Positions 36,236 to 44,800 of a stretch of DNA of 51,338 nucleotides are shown one piece after another. The number at the start of each line of letters is the position of its first letter. The first letter of the stretch is position 1. The stretch spans positions 1 to 51,338 of the forward strand of contig CADCPA010000011.1 in NCBI GenBank assembly GCA_902803135.1. Direction: 5' to 3'. This DNA is from an uncultured bacterium. Lineage in GTDB: Bacteria > Verrucomicrobiota > Kiritimatiellia > RFP12 > UBA1067. The notes beneath the pieces are model-generated. The model was not told the DNA's origin. It made no database searches and saw only the letters and a program-made list of their open reading frames with translations. The position numbers were made by a program, and so were the translations under genes.

Positions 36236-37609
36236 TCACTTCGCCTCCTCGACGACGGACGTCTCCGCCGCGGCGTCGTTCTCGTATTCGCCGCGCAGCG
36301 CCTTCTCGGGCGAGTCGATTTCGCTCGGCAGCAGCTTCTTGCCGTATTCGTCCGCACGCAACGGACGAATCCGCACCGCAATCGGATCGGCGGCGCAGCC
36401 CGCTTCGCAGGCGCCGCAGCCGCGGCACTTGTCCTCGACGATGACGGGGCAGCTCACGCCGTTGCGGATCTCGATTCTGACGGCCTTGTACGGACAGTAC
36501 TCGTCGCACACGGCACAGTCCGAACGCCCCGCGTCGCCCTTCGGCAGTTCCGAGGACTTCCAGGCGATGCACTTCGTGCGGTCGATGACCGCCACGCCGA
36601 TCGGCGTCGCGTGCTTCTGGAGCACGGTCAGGGGCTTGAGCGCACCCGTCGGGCACACCTGCGAGCACTTTACGCAATCATGGAAGCAGTAGGAGTCCAT
36701 ATCCGGATCGCCGCACGTGCTGCGGAGATGGATGACCGGAGAGAACAGCCCGTCGACGCCCGTTTCGCCGAAATCGGGATGGATCAGCTTGTAGGTGCAG
36801 GCGGTCATGCAGTTGCCGCACCGCGCGCAGAGGGCGTTGAAACGCGTGAGGTCCGCGCCCGGAGGACGAATGCCGCCCGCGGCATTCGCGCCGACGGCCT
36901 TCTTGACAATCCCGCTCGCCACCGCGACCGGAACCGCCGCGAGGAGCGTACGGCGCGAGACGACGCCGGAAAGGACTTTGGGCGCGTCCTGCTTCTTCCC
37001 GCCCTTCGGGCCGTGGAAACGCTTCGCCCAGCTCATGATGGCCTCCTGGAGGCCGCCGAGGGGACACAGCCGATGGCACCAGATGTTCGGCGCGATCAGG
37101 CTGAGCAGGAGAATGGAGACGAAACCGACCGCCGTCGCACCCGACGCCCAGGCGAGCGGCAGACGCCACGCGGCGAAAAACCCGTTGAAAATGCAGAGCG
37201 GGTCGAGCCAGATCGCGAGCGGATAGCCGAACGCGGCCGAAACGACGATCAACAGCGCCATCGCCTTGTTGATCGAAGGCACGCGGCGCAGCAGCCCCTT
37301 GCCCCAGGGGTTCAGCTTGCCCGTCAGTTCCGCGACAAAGCCCATCGGGCACATCCGCCAGCAGAAGTAGCGTCCCTTGAAGAAGGACAGCACCAGCAGC
37401 GGGACGCCCAGCAGCAGACTCCAGCCCACCCATTCGCGCGCGGCAAGCGCGCCGAAGAGGTTCAGGAGCGGACTGAGCCGCGGCAGAATGGCCTTTTCCG
37501 TTTCGGGCACCCAGGCGCCGATGGGAAGATAGTCCATCCACGGGAAGGCGGCCAGCGCCGCCAGCACGAGAAGGACAACACGAAGACCATTCCGCCGCAA
37601 CCAGTTCAT
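36236..37609 (-). CDS. NapH/MauN-like membrane polyferredoxin (2x CX3CP plus 4Fe-4S clusters)
   Basis: CWRMCPMG and WCHRLCPLG motifs in a multi-TM N-terminal half. CARCGNCMTAC, CVKCSQVCP, CAVCDEYCP and CRGCGACEAGC ferredoxin motifs in the C-terminal half. ATG at 37609. Confidence 0.8.
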   Translation of the reverse strand: MNWLRRNGLRVVLLVLAALAAFPWMDYLPIGAWVPETEKAILPRLSPLLNLFGALAAREWVGWSLLLGVPLLVLSFFKGRYFCWRMCPMGFVAELTGKLNPWGKGLLRRVPSINKAMALLIVVSAAFGYPLAIWLDPLCIFNGFFAAWRLPLAWASGATAVGFVSILLLSLIAPNIWCHRLCPLGGLQEAIMSWAKRFHGPKGGKKQDAPKVLSGVVSRRTLLAAVPVAVASGIVKKAVGANAAGGIRPPGADLTRFNALCARCGNCMTACTYKLIHPDFGETGVDGLFSPVIHLRSTCGDPDMDSYCFHDCVKCSQVCPTGALKPLTVLQKHATPIGVAVIDRTKCIAWKSSELPKGDAGRSDCAVCDEYCPYKAVRIEIRNGVSCPVIVEDKCRGCGACEAGCAADPIAVRIRPLRADEYGKKLLPSEIDSPEKALRGEYENDAAAETSVVEEAK

Positions 37610-37624
37610 CACGGCATCCTCGCC

Positions 37625-38551
37625 TTAGACCTCGACACGCACGATCTCGAGTTTGTCGAGTTCGGCGCAGCCCACGCCGAGCTCCTGCGCGAGCTTGATG
37701 TGGGGGATGTCGGTCGGCTTCTTGACGCCCTTGATCTTGCCCACGAAGAGCGACGCCGCATAGGCGTCGGCCGCCACGGGATCCGTCGAGAAGATGATCT
37801 CGTGCGGGTGGTCGAGCTTGCCCGGCCCGCGCGGACCGCGCTCGAGCAGGATGCGCGTCGCGTCGACGATGACAAGCGACGGCTTCAGATACGTGCTGAA
37901 GTCGGCGATGCACTGGTGGAGGCCGTCGCGATGCCAGCCCTGACGCGAGCTGTTGTTGATCGCCCCCATCCAGTTCTTCATCGAGATCGTGACCGTCGCG
38001 CCGCTGTGGTGCTTGGCGACCGGCATGTTGATCAGGCAGTCCGCCTCGACGAGGTCGCGCGTGACGCGCGCCTTCTTGCAGACCTTGCCTTTCGGCACTT
38101 CGACTTCCATGTAGTCGCCGCCCTTCGGGCGGTAGATCTTCGCCTTCGTGCCCTTCAGAGCTTCGAGGATGCCGCTCGCCGGGAACGTCTCGCGCTCGCT
38201 TTCGCACGTGTTCTCCGGAATGACGATCTGCTTCGCCTTGGCCTTCTCGGCGGCGAGCACGACTTCGCGCACGATGTCGGGATGCGTATTGCCGCCTTCT
38301 TCGGGCTTGGACTTCCACGCGAGGTTCGGCTTGAGCGCGACCTTGCTGCCTTCCTTGATGAACTTGCCCCAGCCGCCCATCTTCTCGATGCCGGCGGCAA
38401 TCATCTTCGGAATGTCGGTGCCCTTGACGACCACGACCTTCGACTTGGTCTCGGCAGCTTCGGCCACGGACGGCACGGCTGCTGCGAGCGCGCCGGCCGC
38501 AACGGCCGTGGCGCCCGTTTTGATGAAACTGCGACGCTGAATAGTCTTCAT
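37625..38551 (-). CDS. TAT-signal DUF362 domain protein
   Basis: MKTIQRRSFIKTGATAVAAGALAAA twin-arginine signal. DUF362-like VALKPNL...GGNTHPDIV...INMPVAKHH.... ATG at 38551 with AAGGAG upstream. Confidence 0.75.
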   Translation of the reverse strand: MKTIQRRSFIKTGATAVAAGALAAAVPSVAEAAETKSKVVVVKGTDIPKMIAAGIEKMGGWGKFIKEGSKVALKPNLAWKSKPEEGGNTHPDIVREVVLAAEKAKAKQIVIPENTCESERETFPASGILEALKGTKAKIYRPKGGDYMEVEVPKGKVCKKARVTRDLVEADCLINMPVAKHHSGATVTISMKNWMGAINNSSRQGWHRDGLHQCIADFSTYLKPSLVIVDATRILLERGPRGPGKLDHPHEIIFSTDPVAADAYAASLFVGKIKGVKKPTDIPHIKLAQELGVGCAELDKLEIVRVEV

Positions 38552-38596
38552 GTGAATCAACTCCTTGCGGAATGGGAATGCGAGAGGGATGCCCTT

Positions 38597-38605
38597 AGTA
38601 TATCA
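38597..38605 (-). promoter_or_regulatory. Extended -10 promoter element TGATATACT for the DUF362 operon
   Basis: Sense strand CGTTTTATGATATACT, 46 nt upstream of the ATG at 38551. Confidence 0.45.
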
Positions 38606-38631
38606 TAAAACGGCTTGCGGAATCAATTTGA

Positions 38632-39585
38632 CTACGCATGCCGCGCATGTACGCTGCCGTCGTTGGGCACGGACTGGATGGCGATGAGCAGATCGTGGCT
38701 TTCGCCGGGGGCGAGCGTGTAGGCGACGTCGCGCGGCGTCGAGCACGGCTCCACGCACACGAACTTGCGCCACCCCTCCACGCCGAACGAGGCGACGTCC
38801 TGCGCCGACTCTTCGCCGGGATTCCACACGACGAGACGGCGGTTGCCGCGCGAGACGATTGCGATAGCGCGGTCGAGCGCGTGGTCCATCAGCACGTACT
38901 CGTACTTCGTCACGTCGTAGATCTTGCTGCCGCCGACGCGCACGTCGTAGCCGCCCGTCCACACGCGCCCGAGCTTCTCCGGCTCGTTCGTGTCCGTGAA
39001 CGTGCAGCCGTCCACGCCCAGCACTTCCGCACGGTCGCGCTCGCGCACGAGGAAATAGGGATGGAACCCTTCCGTCACGTCGAACGCGTCCTTGCCCGTG
39101 TTCGTCGCCCGCAGCGAGAGCGTCAGCTTCATCGAAATCGAGATCTTCAGCTCGAGTTCGAAGTCGTGCGGCCAGATTGCCCGCGTCGACGCGTCGCTCG
39201 CATAGCCGAGCGTCAGTTCGGACACGTCCTCCGAATACTCGCTCGACTTCACCTGCCAGCGGCCGTAGCGCGCGAGGCCGTGCATCGGCGCGCCTTCGGG
39301 CCCGTTGCCGGCAAACCACGGCCAGCACACGGGAATGCCGCCGTGGATTTCCGTGCCCGCGCGCTTCGCATCATAGGGATGCGGCATGTACAGCACCGGC
39401 AGGTTGCCCGTGGGACGATACGAGATCGTCTGGGCGCCGAACAGCGAAATCTCGGCGCTTCCGTACTGATTTGCCAGCACGGCGATCGGCGCGTCGTGCT
39501 GCGACGGGCGGAACACGATGCGGCCCGGCGCCCCGTAGAGGCGGTTCAGGTCGTCGCACGCGTCGTTGCGCGGAGCCGCCTTCAC
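38632..39585 (-). CDS. Aldose 1-epimerase family / D-hexose-6-phosphate mutarotase-like protein
   Basis: GGIPVCWPWFG-like (HGGIPVCWPWFAGNG), HGLAR, FELELKISI, EGFHPYF and VVWNPG motifs typical of YeaD-type mutarotases. GTG start at 39585 overlaps the upstream stop (GTGA). Confidence 0.75.
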   Translation of the reverse strand: MKAAPRNDACDDLNRLYGAPGRIVFRPSQHDAPIAVLANQYGSAEISLFGAQTISYRPTGNLPVLYMPHPYDAKRAGTEIHGGIPVCWPWFAGNGPEGAPMHGLARYGRWQVKSSEYSEDVSELTLGYASDASTRAIWPHDFELELKISISMKLTLSLRATNTGKDAFDVTEGFHPYFLVRERDRAEVLGVDGCTFTDTNEPEKLGRVWTGGYDVRVGGSKIYDVTKYEYVLMDHALDRAIAIVSRGNRRLVVWNPGEESAQDVASFGVEGWRKFVCVEPCSTPRDVAYTLAPGESHDLLIAIQSVPNDGSVHARHA

Positions 39586-41690
39586 TTCGCCGCCTCCGCC
39601 GGAGCCGCCGCAGGCGCGGCGGCAGGAGCTGGGGCCGAATCGACCGGCGCCGCCGCCGGCTTCGGCGAGCACAGCGACTTGCAGCAGGAGAGCGGGCAGA
39701 TGCCGAGCTTCCAGCACACGCCCGCGGCAGCCGCCGCGAGGAGCAGGAGCACGAGCACGATCTTCAGCACGCCGTGCGAGGCATAGGGGTCGCGCGCCAC
39801 GGCCGCGCCCATCGGCATCGCCGCCGGACGCGTGAACGTGCGGGCAAGCCCCAGCGAGAACGAGAGCGGACGGTTCACCGCCCAGCCGCACGCGTTGAGG
39901 ATCGCGCCCAGATCGCGCGCCCGGAGCTTGAACCACGCGAGAATCACGCTCGGCAGCGAGACAAGCAGGATGATTGCCACGACGCCCGCAAGCACCTTCC
40001 AGATCGGCAGGCCCGCCACGAGGCCCACGAGGCCCGCGCACGCCGCGCCCGCCATGCCCACGCCCACGCCCAGCGCCGCCACGCTGGAGGCAAGCGCCGC
40101 GCCGTTCGGCGCCGCCGGCGCCGCCGGAGCCGGAGCCGCCGCGGCCGCCGTCACGGACGTACCGACCTTCGCCACCGCCGCGTCCTGCTTGGACGACAGG
40201 AACTTCTTGCACTGCTCGGAAATCGTGCCGGCGATCTTCGCCCACGGCGCCCAGAAGGCTTCCTTCAGCGAGACCTGGGCCTCGACGACCTTCGAGACGA
40301 CCGCATCCCAGTCCTTGCCGTCGCAATCGTAGAAGAGCCCGTTGCGGCCCGCATACAGCGCCGTCGTCGAACCCGCCGTGATGACCGCGCAGATTTCCCG
40401 CGCCTCGCCCGTCGCCTTGCGCGCGAGCTTCACGTAGAGGAGACAGCACTTGCTCTTCTCCGCCAGCGCCGCATGCGCCGCTTCGTCCGCGACCGTGAAG
40501 CAGAGCAGGCACTCGCGGCCGTCGATGACGAGACGGCCCGTGTGGAACGCGCTTTCGCGGGACGGATCGTAGAGGTTCGCCTGGTTGACGTAGTTGCAGA
40601 GCCAATCCGTCAGATTCCGGGCATAGCGCAGCGCACGCTCGCAGTCGACGAGGCGGGCGTATTCGTCCGCCAGCGCGAGATCCATCTTCAGGAGATCGTT
40701 CACCTTCGCCTGCACCTTGCCGTCCTTCACGAGCGCCGCGAGGGCCGCCTCGCCGACGGACTCGACCGCCGCGCCGGCCTTCGCCGCGAGCCACGCGCCA
40801 TACGGCGCCAGCTTCGCCTTGATCGCGCCCCACTCGTCGCGCGTGACCTCCGTGACGTCGGACGCCCCCAGCACCGGCGCGGCGGCGACCGTCGCGAACG
40901 TGCGGAACTTCTCGAGCCAAAGCGGATTGACGCCCGCCGTCAGCGGCAGGCTCGGCGTGGGATCTTCCGCCACGAGCGGCAGGTCTTCCGGCGGCGTGAA
41001 ATACGCGTCGACCGTCTCCTGCACGGCAGTGAACGCCGCGTAGGCCGCGGCCGTCTTGTCGCCGAGCACGGCCGCCTTCTGGCCGTCGGCCACCCAGGCA
41101 AGATAGGCCTTGGCGTCCGCGAAGAACGCATCCGCCTTCGCCTGGTCGACGCCGTCGAGACCGCTGCGGTCCGCCACAGCGCCCTCGGCGGCGATGATCG
41201 TCGCAAGGGCGTCGGAAATCGCCGCCTCGGAAGTCGACTTCGGCGTCACAACGCCATCGCCGTTGAACGGCTGGCCGTTGAAAATGTCCGTCGTGCCCGT
41301 CGCGTCGGCCAGGGTGATCGACGTCGCCTCGGCGCGGCCCGCGCGCGAGAGGATGCTCTTGAACGACGCGAGCAGGGCCTTGCCTTCGTCCGTCGTGTCG
41401 TCGACGTCCGCGAGCGCGATTTCATCCTTGCGCGCGAAAAGGAAGTCGAGGTTCTTGAAGCGCGCCTTCATCCAGGCGACCGCCGCGCGCACTTCCGGCA
41501 CGCGGATGCGTCCGTCGCCGTCCGCATCCAGCAGCTTCAAAGTTGCCGGATCGAAACGGAGCCCTTCCGTGGAGGCCGAGACGACCGTCCAGAGCTTTTC
41601 GTCGAGTTCGTCGAGCGCGGCGAGGTCGGCGCCGGTTTCGAGCTTCACCTGCACGCAACGCGCAGACTTGAAGAATTTCCATTTATACAT
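39582..41690 (-). CDS. Uncharacterised 702-aa membrane protein with an EF-hand-like loop and a Cys-rich C-terminal tail
   Basis: ATG at 41690 (MYKWKFFKSARCVQV). DADGDGRIRVPE resembles a Ca-binding EF-hand loop. A soluble region of about 480 aa is followed by an Ala/Pro linker, hydrophobic TM segments (GVGVGMAGAACAGLVGLVAGL, VLAGVVAIILLVSLPSVIL, LKIVLVLLLLAAAAAGV) and the tail CWKLGICPLSCCKSLC. I could not assign a family. Confidence 0.65.
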   Translation of the reverse strand: MYKWKFFKSARCVQVKLETGADLAALDELDEKLWTVVSASTEGLRFDPATLKLLDADGDGRIRVPEVRAAVAWMKARFKNLDFLFARKDEIALADVDDTTDEGKALLASFKSILSRAGRAEATSITLADATGTTDIFNGQPFNGDGVVTPKSTSEAAISDALATIIAAEGAVADRSGLDGVDQAKADAFFADAKAYLAWVADGQKAAVLGDKTAAAYAAFTAVQETVDAYFTPPEDLPLVAEDPTPSLPLTAGVNPLWLEKFRTFATVAAAPVLGASDVTEVTRDEWGAIKAKLAPYGAWLAAKAGAAVESVGEAALAALVKDGKVQAKVNDLLKMDLALADEYARLVDCERALRYARNLTDWLCNYVNQANLYDPSRESAFHTGRLVIDGRECLLCFTVADEAAHAALAEKSKCCLLYVKLARKATGEAREICAVITAGSTTALYAGRNGLFYDCDGKDWDAVVSKVVEAQVSLKEAFWAPWAKIAGTISEQCKKFLSSKQDAAVAKVGTSVTAAAAAPAPAAPAAPNGAALASSVAALGVGVGMAGAACAGLVGLVAGLPIWKVLAGVVAIILLVSLPSVILAWFKLRARDLGAILNACGWAVNRPLSFSLGLARTFTRPAAMPMGAAVARDPYASHGVLKIVLVLLLLAAAAAGVCWKLGICPLSCCKSLCSPKPAAAPVDSAPAPAAAPAAAPAEAAK

Positions 41691-41741
41691 GACGTCTTCT
41701 TTCTTATTAAGGGTTGCAACTGAAATGGGGAGGATGTGCGT

Positions 41742-41750
41742 ATTATACCA
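41742..41750 (-). promoter_or_regulatory. Extended -10 promoter element TGGTATAAT
   Basis: Sense strand GTTTTATGGTATAAT, 52 nt upstream of the ATG at 41690. Confidence 0.45.
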
Positions 41751-41826
41751 TAAAACGCTTCGCAGGAACATGCGGAGTTGCCTTGGACAAACCGCCGTCC
41801 CTGCGAAACGCTCGTTGCGAGACCTC

Positions 41827-44800
41827 TTACTGGAGGATGATGGCCAGCCCGCTCGGCTTGGCGTTCAGCAGCACGAGATTGCCGTCGCGCACCGTCGCCT
41901 TGAAGGCGTTCGCGTAGCCGTTGACCGGCACATCCGCCGTCACCGCGATCTTCTCGGCGTCTGTCGCCGGGAAGTCGCCCGCGGGGGCGAGCACGTAGGT
42001 CGCGCAGACCGGCCTCTGGTCGAAGGCGACCTCGATCGCCTTGAGGCCGCCGAAGAGCGCCGCGCCTGTCGTGTCGAAGGAGGTCTTCCGCTCAAGCGCC
42101 TTCGTCCGGCCGCTGCCCGCCACGCGCCAACAGCTCTGCGCGCCCTTGAACGCGAAATCTCCGGCCAGCGCGCCCGAACCCGCCAGCGTGCCGGTGATCG
42201 GCATCGCCTGCGTGCCGACGGACGTCAGCGTCGCGCCCGCGCCCACCGTCGTCGTGCCCGCGAGCTGCGTGCCCTCGATGATCTGGATGTCGCCCAGCGT
42301 CGCCGCAAGGGTCACGTTGTCTTCGTTCCACTGCTTCTCCTCGCCGCCCGGCACGGTGAAGCTCAGGCCGTTGCCGTTGTTCGCCGCGCTCGGACCCCAG
42401 CCGCCCGAGCCGTCTTGCAGGCGCACTTCCCAGCGGTGCCAGCCCGCGTCCAGCGTCTTCTTGCCCGTGGCCGTGACGTTCCAGGCCGTCGTGTTGACCA
42501 CGCGGTCGCCGTCGATGTCCAGCAGCTTGTTGTCGTCGTAGCCCATCTTGAAGTTCCACTCGCCGACCTGGTCGGTACCGACCTTGAACCAGCCCTGCAG
42601 GCGGTTGACCTTGCTGGAGCACCAGGGCTTCCAGTCGTCCGCATCGGGCAATTTCTCGTGCTTGTGGAGGATTTCCACGGAGCGGACCGGCTTGATGTGC
42701 GCCCAGTCTTCCGTCGTATCCCAGTTCGCATTGCCGTTCTCCCAGCTCCAAATGGCCGCGTTGGGCGCGGGACGCATCTGCAGGAATTCCGGCGAGAACT
42801 TCGTGTAGTTGGCCGAGTCCGTCGACGTCGACTCGCCGACCAGGTAGCCGATGGAGAGGCCGTCCTTCCATGTCGCCTGGCCCGGTCCCATGCCGCCGTT
42901 GCCGTCATAGACCGCGATCGTGAAGGCGTGCCAGCCGGCCGTCAGCGTAACCGTGTTCGCCTGCGCGTTCTGCCAGCCCGTCGTCTTGAACACCTGCGCG
43001 CCGTCCACATGGAAGGCGATGTTGTCGTCATAGTTGCCCGCGAAGGTCCAGGGGCCCGCCTTGTCCGCCTCGACGTAGAATTCGCCGCGCATCGCGTAGC
43101 CCGTGTTGTCGGCGCGCGGATTCGAGCCGAAATGACGATGGATGAAGTCCCAGGCCGCCGCCGACGCATACGGATAGGACCACACGGTCGCCGCCGTGTT
43201 GTCGATGTTGTTGCCGCCGACCGTGAACGCCCAGTACTCGTCGCCGTAGTTCGCGACACGCGCCCTCGTGCCGTCGGCGAGCTCGAGGCCGCCGCCGAAG
43301 TAGCCGGCGTTGGTGAGGTCGTTCGTACCCGTGTTCTCGACCGTGAACTTGCCAAGGAGCGCACCCTGCATGCGATCGTCCGCGCGCGCGCCTTGGAAGT
43401 TCGCGTGGCCCTTGAGCGTCACCGCGCTCGTACCGGAGAGGCCCGTGTTCCAGTTGACGAGGCTGCCGCCGAGATCGAACGTGACTTCGCGGTCCTTTTC
43501 GTCGTGGCCGAAGAAGGCGATGATGCCCTGGTTCATGCCCCAGGCCGCCGTGCTCACGAGCTCGCCGGCGGCGAAGTCGTAGCGCTGCACGCCCGGCACG
43601 CAGTTGCCCGTGAGGCCGGCCGCACCGAGCTCGAGGCGGCCGCCGTCCAGCTTGAAGAACTGCTTGCCTTCGCCCGCCCCGACGCCGTTGCCGTACGCGA
43701 AGTTCGACCGCGTGTAGAGGCCCGCCGCCTTGAAAACGCCGCCCGCCTGCACGAACATCTTCGCCCGCGGCGCATCCCACGGGTTGCCAACCGTCAGCGC
43801 CGCGGCGTCGAGTTCGCCGGCCACGACGATTTCGTGTTCGGAGGTGCGAGGCGGCGTGCCCGACCAGTGGCCGTTGCGGAGGATTCCAGTCACCGTCACC
43901 TTGGCGCCCGGCTCGACGACGAGACAGCCGCGGGACGGGCCCGAACCGTTGTCGCCGACCATGAGTTCATTTACCTCCAAGTTCGACCCCTCCTTGAGGA
44001 AGAGCTTGCCCGCGCGGCCTTTATCCACGCCGATGGAGAGACGCCCGGCTTCCGAGCCCCTGATCTGCATCTTCGCCACGTATTCGGCCGTGTTCGTCGG
44101 ACCGTACACGAAGATCCGGCCACCCGTCGATTCAACGTTCACCACCGCCGGCGAGTCGGAGACGATATTCGCCAGCTGCGGCAGGACGTCGATGTTGCCG
44201 GCCGTCTTCTTCACGTTGACCGTATCGAAGTTCGCCATGGTGTTGCCTTCGTTCTGGTTGCCGTAGACCGAGAACGCGAGCGAACCGTCCGTCATGTCGA
44301 GCGCGTTGAGCGTCGTGCCCGAGCCGCTGCCTTCCACGTTGAACGTGCCGCCCGTCATCTTGAGCGTGAAGTCGTCGCTCAGACGGCTGCGCACGCGGAT
44401 TAAACCTGCGGCGGACTCGAAGACGCCGCCGTTCTGCACGCCGCCGTCAATGTCGAGCGTGCCGCCGCCGCGCGTTCTGACCGTCGCGCCTTCGGCGATC
44501 ACGAGCGGTCCCTTCAGGTACGACGTCGAGCTTTCACCGCCCAGTTCCGCGGTGCCGGCGTCGACGAACACCGTCACGCCCGGATCGGTCTTGCTGTTCC
44601 AGTAGCTGAGATAGCCGCCGTTCTCGACGTGGATGCCGTGCGGAATCACTTCCGTGCCGTTCTGGGACTCCTTGCGCATCCAGCCGCCGCTCTTCACGTC
44701 GATGCGGCCGATGTTGATCGTCGCGCCGTTGATGCCCGTGACGTTGCTGTTCGCAATATTGAGCACGGCGTTTTCGTCGCCCGTGATTGACGTCGTCGTG

